Virus record (IMG/VR): IMGVR_UViG_3300043781_000014
Location: 55,304 to 75,303 of that record
Reading direction: 5' to 3' (one strand)
Source: an uncultured virus (IMG/VR IMGVR_UViG_3300043781_000014)
Taxonomy: Duplodnaviria > Heunggongvirae > Uroviricota > Caudoviricetes
DNA: 20,000 nucleotides
Numbering within the stretch: position 1 is the first letter of the stretch; every line of letters begins with the position of its first letter. The notes beneath the pieces were generated by a model. It made no database searches. It had not been told where the DNA came from and saw nothing but the letters and a program-made list of their open reading frames with translations. A program made the translations under genes and the position numbers. Shown here piece after piece: positions 14,406-20,000 of this stretch.

Positions 14406-15306
14406 ATGGCTACTAAAAACCTGTTATTATCTATCACCACACAGACAGAATAAGCTATTTAGCTGGATTACTAGCTAAAGCCTATTACCTTAATAAGGGA
14501 TATAAGGTTGATATGTATTCTATTAGTTATCTAAGTCAATTAGAGGGTATTACTCCCAACAGCCCGTTAAAATCATTTTGATTGGAATTGCTTTATCGCC
14601 ACAAACTAACCTATCTAGTTTAGCAGGTCAAGAGTTTATTTCTTTTAATCCTTATTGGACAAATTATGAAAAAACTGTTAAAAATATCTCAAATTGTAGT
14701 ATAATATGTGAAGGGTATGGTTTTAGTTATTACTCTGATGATATGAGACCTAACGTTTTAGCAATGGTATCTTACTTTACAGGAATTTTACCAATTCTAT
14801 TTGACCAAGAACACAATAAATCATATAACTTGATTGATGAACTGGATAAATTAGAATACGGACTAAAAATCCCTAACCTAGATACTAAAGACGTTTATAA
14901 TTTTATTAACACTAAGGTTGTAGTTAATACTCATTTTTACTTACAATCTAACAAACTTTATTACTATATGCCTAAAGTGATTAATATGTATACTAAACCA
15001 GATAGTACAATGATTAAGTATTATGACACTTATATTGTTATTGCTAGAGAAGAAGGAGACTATCGTAAGTCTCGCTTCGTATTAGGTCAATACCAGCAAG
15101 CTGATGTATTGGTTACGTTTGATATTAAAGCTTCGAAGAATTCAGTCGCTAAGTACCTAGTGTTACATCCTAGTGCTTACAATAATGAAAAACTCAAAGA
15201 ATTCTTGACAAATAATACTTTTATACCTAAACAGCCAATTAGCAAAGTCGGCTATGCTGTATCAGAGATTAACTTAAAAAACCTATTACTTAATTCGTTA
15301 GAGTAA
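14406..15306 (+). CDS. Hypothetical protein, possibly degenerate DHH-like fold (~300 aa), broken by two single-base frameshifts (~14415-14419, ~14555-14557)
   Basis: SD GAAAGGA and ATG 14406 (MATK); the -1 frame reads PVIIYHHTDRISYLAGLLAKAYY...EGITP; a second -1 shift gives QQPVKIILIGIALSPQ, joining ORF 14578. Confidence 0.6.
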
Positions 15307-15314
15307 GGGAAGGT

Positions 15315-16814
15315 TTGCTAATCAATACAAAGCTTGTATATGCAATTTTAGGTGATATTGCTCGTAAATTTAATAACCAAGTTTCTCTTGGTATCATTAA
15401 CTCTTATTTAAGAGACTATAGTCAAAAAACAATCAACTCTAAAGACCTAGATCAATTCATTAGTAACCTATCTGATAAAGATAGTAGCGCTCATAAAGTA
15501 TATATGAGTGTTAAAGAGGGTAGTGAAACTATTGAATCTGTTCTAGGTTTAACTTCTTCTCCAGTTAAGATTCATTATGTTAATACTAGAGATGAAGTTT
15601 TGTCTATCCCTACAACGGAATTGGATAAGGTTGTTATGATTGTTCGAGAATTAGAAAACGCTAGCCCTAGTAAGTCTGTCTCATGGCGTAAGGTTAGAGC
15701 TAAAGCTAAAGAATTAGACTTAGTATTCTCGCCAAGTAAAGACTTTAAAGAATTAGTCATGAGACGTAAGGACGAATTAGAGCAATCGCCTAGACAAGAG
15801 CTTTCAGCAACAGAACAACAATTTGTTAATAAAGCCTTTGGTAGTGAGCTAGGCGAATATCAGATTAAAAAACGAGAGTTACAAAATAAAAATCGTGAGC
15901 TTAATAAATTACAACGTAAATTAACAGATCAAACAATCTTTAGCCGAGAATTAATTAAGAGTATTAGTAAGCCCCGAGTTATTCGTACTAATAGATATGT
16001 AAAAGATAATCTTGGTGTTAATAATAATAATAATAATGACACTTTAATTGTTATTACATCTGACTGGCACATTGGAGCTAAAGTAGAGCTTAAAAACAAT
16101 GAATACAGCTATGCGATTGCTCAACAGCGTTTAGATAAATACATTCAAGCTATTTGTCGGGCTGTTCAATTATACAAGCCAAGTAATATTAAGATTATTA
16201 ACCTAGGTGACTTAATTGAAAATTCCCAGATGAGACAAAACCAAGGTTACTACACTGAATTTGAATTGTCTAATCAGATTGTTAAAGCTACCGAATTACA
16301 AGATAGTTTCTTATCCAGCTTAGCGATTAGTTTTCCTAATATTCAATTTGAATTTACTGAATTGGCAGGTAATCATGATCGCTTTGCTCCTAATAAAAAA
16401 GATCAACTCTATGGTGATAGTGTTGCTGTAGTAGCACGAGAATTAACTAAGAGCTTTAAAAATACTAATAAAGCAATGACTAATTTTAAAGTCATTAATC
16501 CAGATACAGAATACCGTCATATTGTTAATGTGCAAGGTCATAATTTAGCTTTTGTTCATGGAGATTTAGATAAGGTTAATGACAACAACTGTCTTGCTAA
16601 GGTTGGAGCATTTGAACATACTACTTTAGACGCATTGGTAGGAGGTCATTTACATTCATTAATGATTAAAGAAAATAATGGGCTAGTAGTTCAGTCAGGG
16701 TCGCTGATTGGTCCTACAGAATACAGCGATCGACTAGGGTGCTATGCTTCTGCTAGTCAAGTAATGTTAAATGTTACTCCAGAAACAATTACACCATTGG
16801 TAGTAAACCTATAA
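15315..16814 (+). CDS. Calcineurin-like metallophosphoesterase (Mre11/SbcD-like) with long helical N-terminus
   Basis: Motifs SDWHIG, LGDLIE, AGNHDR, VHGD, GGHLH; TTG start after AAGGGAAGG. Confidence 0.88.
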   Translation: MLINTKLVYAILGDIARKFNNQVSLGIINSYLRDYSQKTINSKDLDQFISNLSDKDSSAHKVYMSVKEGSETIESVLGLTSSPVKIHYVNTRDEVLSIPTTELDKVVMIVRELENASPSKSVSWRKVRAKAKELDLVFSPSKDFKELVMRRKDELEQSPRQELSATEQQFVNKAFGSELGEYQIKKRELQNKNRELNKLQRKLTDQTIFSRELIKSISKPRVIRTNRYVKDNLGVNNNNNNDTLIVITSDWHIGAKVELKNNEYSYAIAQQRLDKYIQAICRAVQLYKPSNIKIINLGDLIENSQMRQNQGYYTEFELSNQIVKATELQDSFLSSLAISFPNIQFEFTELAGNHDRFAPNKKDQLYGDSVAVVARELTKSFKNTNKAMTNFKVINPDTEYRHIVNVQGHNLAFVHGDLDKVNDNNCLAKVGAFEHTTLDALVGGHLHSLMIKENNGLVVQSGSLIGPTEYSDRLGCYASASQVMLNVTPETITPLVVNL

Positions 16815-16821
16815 AATAAGT

Positions 16822-16874
16822 AAACCTCACTATTTATTAGCTATAATGAAGTTAATAAATTTAGTGAGGTTTTT
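16822..16874 (+). promoter_or_regulatory. Long hairpin covering the SD of the 16881 gene, TATAAT in loop (may also be a terminator)
   Basis: AAACCTCACTA (16822-16832)/TAGTGAGGTTT (16862-16872) plus inner TTTATTAGC/GTTAATAAA; TATAAT at 16842-16847. Confidence 0.6.
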
Positions 16875-16880
16875 AATTTA

Positions 16881-17108
16881 ATGAAAGATAATAAAATTAT
16901 GAGTATTCCATATGATAAATTAATTAACAGATTTCATTGGTCTTTTGGTCTATTAATTGCATTATTTACATTACTAATTATTGCCATTGTTACTGGGTGT
17001 ACTATACCTATGTGGGGTATTTGGGCTTGGCTAGTCCTCTTAGTTGTTGGTATAGTTGTGCTAGGTGAAACAATGTATAACTTAGGGACAACAGAGACTA
17101 TTTTATAA
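16881..17108 (+). CDS. Small membrane protein, two TM helices
   Basis: Two hydrophobic stretches FGLLIALFTLLIIAIVTG and WGIWAWLVLLVVGIVVLG; SD GAGG. Confidence 0.7.
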   Translation: MKDNKIMSIPYDKLINRFHWSFGLLIALFTLLIIAIVTGCTIPMWGIWAWLVLLVVGIVVLGETMYNLGTTETIL

Positions 17109-17160
17109 CTATGACGAATTAGTGGTAAGTCGTCTAAACGAAAAAGGTGAAAAGGAAGTT

Positions 17161-17515
17161 ATGTTCTTGTCTAATACTGAGAACTTAGCAGACCTATACG
17201 AAGAATTCGGTAATAACAAAAAATCAAATGAATTACAGAAGTTAGAAGCACAGCATTTAATTGATAGTAAGATTATTCAAGGGTTCCAACGGAAAAATAA
17301 CTGTGTTAACGGTGCTTACTACTTATTAACTAATGATAACCAACTGTTTCTGGTCTGATGATCTTAATGCTGTTCTTACTTTTTCTAGTAAAGACTCTGC
17401 TCAAGCTTATGTTAATGAACACATTAAAGACTTCGATGGTAAAATTATGAATTTACCTATTGCCTTAGACGGTGAAGTAAAAACAGAGGACAATAAAGAG
17501 GTGATAACAGACTAA
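17161..17515 (+). CDS. Hypothetical protein (~117 aa) broken by a +1 frameshift near 17347-17350
   Basis: ATG 17161 after AAGGAAG; ...YYLLTNDNQLF continues as WSDDLNAVLTF... in the +1 frame if one T is removed from CTGTTTCTGG. Confidence 0.55.
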
Positions 17516-17886
17516 TGATACAATATTGTATAATTACTTATATTATAGTTGAAATCTTTGAAGGTATCTCTGCTTATACTAATATTAGACAAGATAAGCA
17601 AAACATAACCAGATTCCAAAGAAACGTTTACAGTGTTAGTATCTTAATCTCTTATACCTTAACCATTCTATTAGGAGTACTTGGTATATACGGTGTATAC
17701 ACGTACTTGGGATTAGAAAATGAAGTTGCTTTTATTATTGGCTTAATCTTAGCTTTCTGGGTAAGAGATATTATTGACTCTGTAATCGTCCGTAAGTTTA
17801 TCGCTTATCAGTATAAAGCTAGACTTAAATATTATGAACATAAAGTAATGGGTGATAAGAATGAACGAACTGGAAAAGATGCTTGA
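17515..17886 (+). CDS. Membrane protein, about three TM helices (123 aa)
   Basis: Hydrophobic segments; SD GAGGTG; TAATG coupling. Confidence 0.75.
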   Translation: MIQYCIITYIIVEIFEGISAYTNIRQDKQNITRFQRNVYSVSILISYTLTILLGVLGIYGVYTYLGLENEVAFIIGLILAFWVRDIIDSVIVRKFIAYQYKARLKYYEHKVMGDKNERTGKDA

Positions 17887-18421
17887 TGTACAATCAGGCG
17901 TTGTTATTGTTGATAATGAGCCTTATTACTATATAGACTTAATCCAAGGTGATGATGGTAAATTAGTAATTGCCTATGAACTAGGTACTAAAGGAATTGA
18001 ACTTTATAAGCAAACTAAGGACCCAAACGTATTGTTTAAGAAGCGAATGCTAGTAGAGACTAAGGAAAAGCCTTATGAGGGAACAAGCTTAGCTCAACAC
18101 CTCAATAATAAGCGTAAGTTAAAAGTTAAACGTAAATTCAACTACTTGCCAGCTATTTTTACTACTCCAGTCATTAGGGGTACTGATACAGTTACCGGTA
18201 ATTGGGGCTTAGGTTTCCCCGAAATGCACAAAAAAGTGTTAGTAGGACCAAAGACAGGTAAATACGAAAAAATGGAAAAGACTGGTATATTCATTGGTCT
18301 TAATAATGTTAAATGGTTAAAAGATACTTACCAATTCGATCGCTGGAAAGGGTATATTGGACCTTTATACAGTACCTATATGCCTTACTTTAATGTATTA
18401 ACTTCTTCGGGGGCAATGTGA
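17861..18421 (+). CDS. Conserved Herelleviridae-type hypothetical protein (186 aa)
   Basis: ATG 17861 after GGGTGA; YLPAIFTTPVIRGTDTVTGNWGLGF and GIFIGLNNVKW resemble a conserved Twort-like gene as recalled. Confidence 0.7.
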   Translation: MNELEKMLDVQSGVVIVDNEPYYYIDLIQGDDGKLVIAYELGTKGIELYKQTKDPNVLFKKRMLVETKEKPYEGTSLAQHLNNKRKLKVKRKFNYLPAIFTTPVIRGTDTVTGNWGLGFPEMHKKVLVGPKTGKYEKMEKTGIFIGLNNVKWLKDTYQFDRWKGYIGPLYSTYMPYFNVLTSSGAM

Positions 18422-19144
18422 TGAAACGATTAATGGAAGATGAGATTAAAAACAGTATCTTACATAATAAAAACCTATTTGATCGTTACGGCCCAATCGG
18501 TAACAGCTTAATTATCTATGAAAAGACAATTAACTGGAAAACAATTGCTGATTGCCTACTGTTTAGTAGTAATAAGGGTATCATTGGAATTGAAATTAAA
18601 ACTGAATATGATACTCTCAGAAGACTTCCTCATCAGTTAGCAGATTATATAAGAGTTTGTAAATATACTTATGTTTATTGCCACGACTCCCATGTTAAAA
18701 AAGTAAAAGAGCTGATTGAAAGTAATCCAGAATTAAGTTGTGTAGGTATTATTAGCTATGAGCAATTTGAAGACCAAGCAATTACAGGAATGATTAAAAA
18801 GGCTGAACCTTCGCCTAAAGTAACTTTAAGAGGAACTACTTCCATTTTATGGTCTAGCGAACTTAATGCTATCCTTAATGCTAAAACTCATACCCGAGAA
18901 AAGCGTAGACGGGTAGAAGGCAGAAAATCTATTTGGTGAAATGTTTAATAAAGATAACCAACAAAAAGTAATTGCTAGTCTTTATATCAAAGGTATGTTA
19001 GATTCTAAAAAATCTTTACAACGTTACCATTTTGGCAATATCTATACACACGATACTACAACAGGTGGTGAGTTTCATAGCAAAGCAGAAAAACGAAAGT
19101 GGCATCAAAGGTCTGTCGCTAACCGGCGCAGGGTTTTTAAATAG
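18421..19144 (+). CDS. sce7726-family PD-(D/E)XK-like protein, probably one gene (~240 aa) broken by a frameshift near 18917-18935
   Basis: IADCLLF...IGIEIKTEYDTLRRLPHQLADY motif; the +1 frame opens at 18917 (KAENLFGEMFNKD...) and runs into ORF 18941. Confidence 0.65.
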
Positions 19145-19598
19145 TAAAAGAGGATATTACTTAGAGGGTTTCTTTACTAAGATTAATAAAGCCAGTAAAA
19201 AGGATCTATACAACGCAGAAAAGTATGGTCTGGAATTGGTCTCTAGGTATGAAAAGATTGACTTAAAACTACTACAGCTAAAAAAGATAGATCAGAAAGG
19301 TACTATTTCAACCACTACTGAAATATACCAAGTAAGGACTGGGGCAATGATTAATGGTAAACTTTACATTACTGCACAGGTCTTATCTGAAAACTATATT
19401 ACAATTATGTATAATTATCGCTATCGTACCACTTCACGTGACTTTTTTAATATTCATGACTCTCTGGATAGCAGAGTTACTCATAAAAACCCCGGTTACG
19501 GTAAAGGACGCAAAATAGGTAAGAAAAAGGTGTCCCGTAAGGTACAATTACACGAGAATAAGCAAGAAAATATTAGACGTAAATACAAGGAGAGATAA
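19077..19598 (+). CDS. Conserved basic hypothetical protein (~173 aa), probable ATA start
   Basis: SD-like AGGTGGTGA (19063-19071) then ATA GCA AAG CAG (MAKQKNESGIKGLSLTGAGFLNSKRGYY); K/R-rich C-terminus. Confidence 0.65.
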   Translation: MAKQKNESGIKGLSLTGAGFLNSKRGYYLEGFFTKINKASKKDLYNAEKYGLELVSRYEKIDLKLLQLKKIDQKGTISTTTEIYQVRTGAMINGKLYITAQVLSENYITIMYNYRYRTTSRDFFNIHDSLDSRVTHKNPGYGKGRKIGKKKVSRKVQLHENKQENIRRKYKER

Positions 19599-19600
19599 AA

Positions 19601-19966
19601 ATGATTAATAAACGGATTGTTGAAAAGAAAACATATGAATTGATTGACAGCTTGGCTTTTAAGCAATATGAAGTTAGAGCTAAGGACCAAGAATACAATC
19701 GCCTTAATGGTTTGCCTACTTTCAGAGTTAAAGAACCTAATACTGGTGTTATCAAGTCCTATACTGTACAATTAACAGCAGATTTTAAGAATGTTAAAGT
19801 CGTAGAACATGGGATTTATGATACTGAGTGGGGATTCTTGCCCTTAAAGAAAGAAGAACCTAAGCCTAAGAAGACAGCAACTAAGAAAGTTACTCTAGAA
19901 CATCAGCTAAAAAGACAACTACTACAGCTAAGAAATAAGGTAATCGCAGATGAAAAAGCTAATTAA
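19601..19966 (+). CDS. Hypothetical protein (121 aa)
   Basis: Strong SD AAGGAG before ATG 19601. Confidence 0.75.
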   Translation: MINKRIVEKKTYELIDSLAFKQYEVRAKDQEYNRLNGLPTFRVKEPNTGVIKSYTVQLTADFKNVKVVEHGIYDTEWGFLPLKKEEPKPKKTATKKVTLEHQLKRQLLQLRNKVIADEKAN

Positions 19967-20000
19967 TAATTGGTTGTTAATGACCCTTATAATGACGGTT
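19950..20000 (+). CDS. Start of next gene, truncated by window edge
   Basis: AAGGT at 19937-19941 then ATG AAA AAG CTA; open to the end of the window. Confidence 0.35.
   Translation, partial: MKKLINNWLLMTLIMTV

Noticed and set aside
15575..15760. Minus-strand 61-aa ORF
   Set aside because: Antisense to the metallophosphoesterase.
18421..19144. sce7725/sce7726 two-gene system
   Set aside because: No recognisable sce7725/beta-family partner nearby; the gene appears to be part of the conserved phage block.
19496..19771. Minus-strand ORFs 19496-19771 and 19573-19755
   Set aside because: Overlap two plus-strand genes in a uniformly plus-strand region.
1..20000. CRISPR array, tRNA/rRNA genes, or stop-codon reassignment
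   Set aside because: No spaced repeats or cloverleafs seen, intergenic gaps are short, and genes are full length under code 11 with TAA, TAG and TGA all used as stops.

Overview
AT-rich, densely coding, all plus-strand segment of a large lytic Herelleviridae-type (SPO1/Twort/K-like) myophage genome; the host is probably a lactic acid bacterium (inference from the Lactobacillus-like dNK). It covers the replication/recombination/transcription module and the start of the late accessory block: primase C-terminus, an inserted orphan C5-cytosine MTase, Holliday junction resolvase, HU/TF1-like protein, UvsY-like mediator, DUF1599 protein, deoxynucleoside kinase (ATT start), SSB, RecA/UvsX, a free-standing zinc-ribbon-repeat endonuclease, phage sigma factor, five Ig/FN3-like virion decoration genes, a metallophosphoesterase and conserved hypotheticals. 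Most notable: (1) the five Ig/FN3 genes look like a split-FN3 donor/acceptor set that could chain non-covalently; (2) the MTase sits between exact 14-bp direct repeats and appears to borrow its start codon from phage DNA; (3) hairpins sequester the RBS of the sigma gene and others, with a -10-like box in the loop; (4) DNA polymerase and nrdIEF are missing from their usual positions; (5) four frameshifts break three genes (probably homopolymer sequencing errors). Product calls come from motif recognition and recalled synteny, not from database searches.
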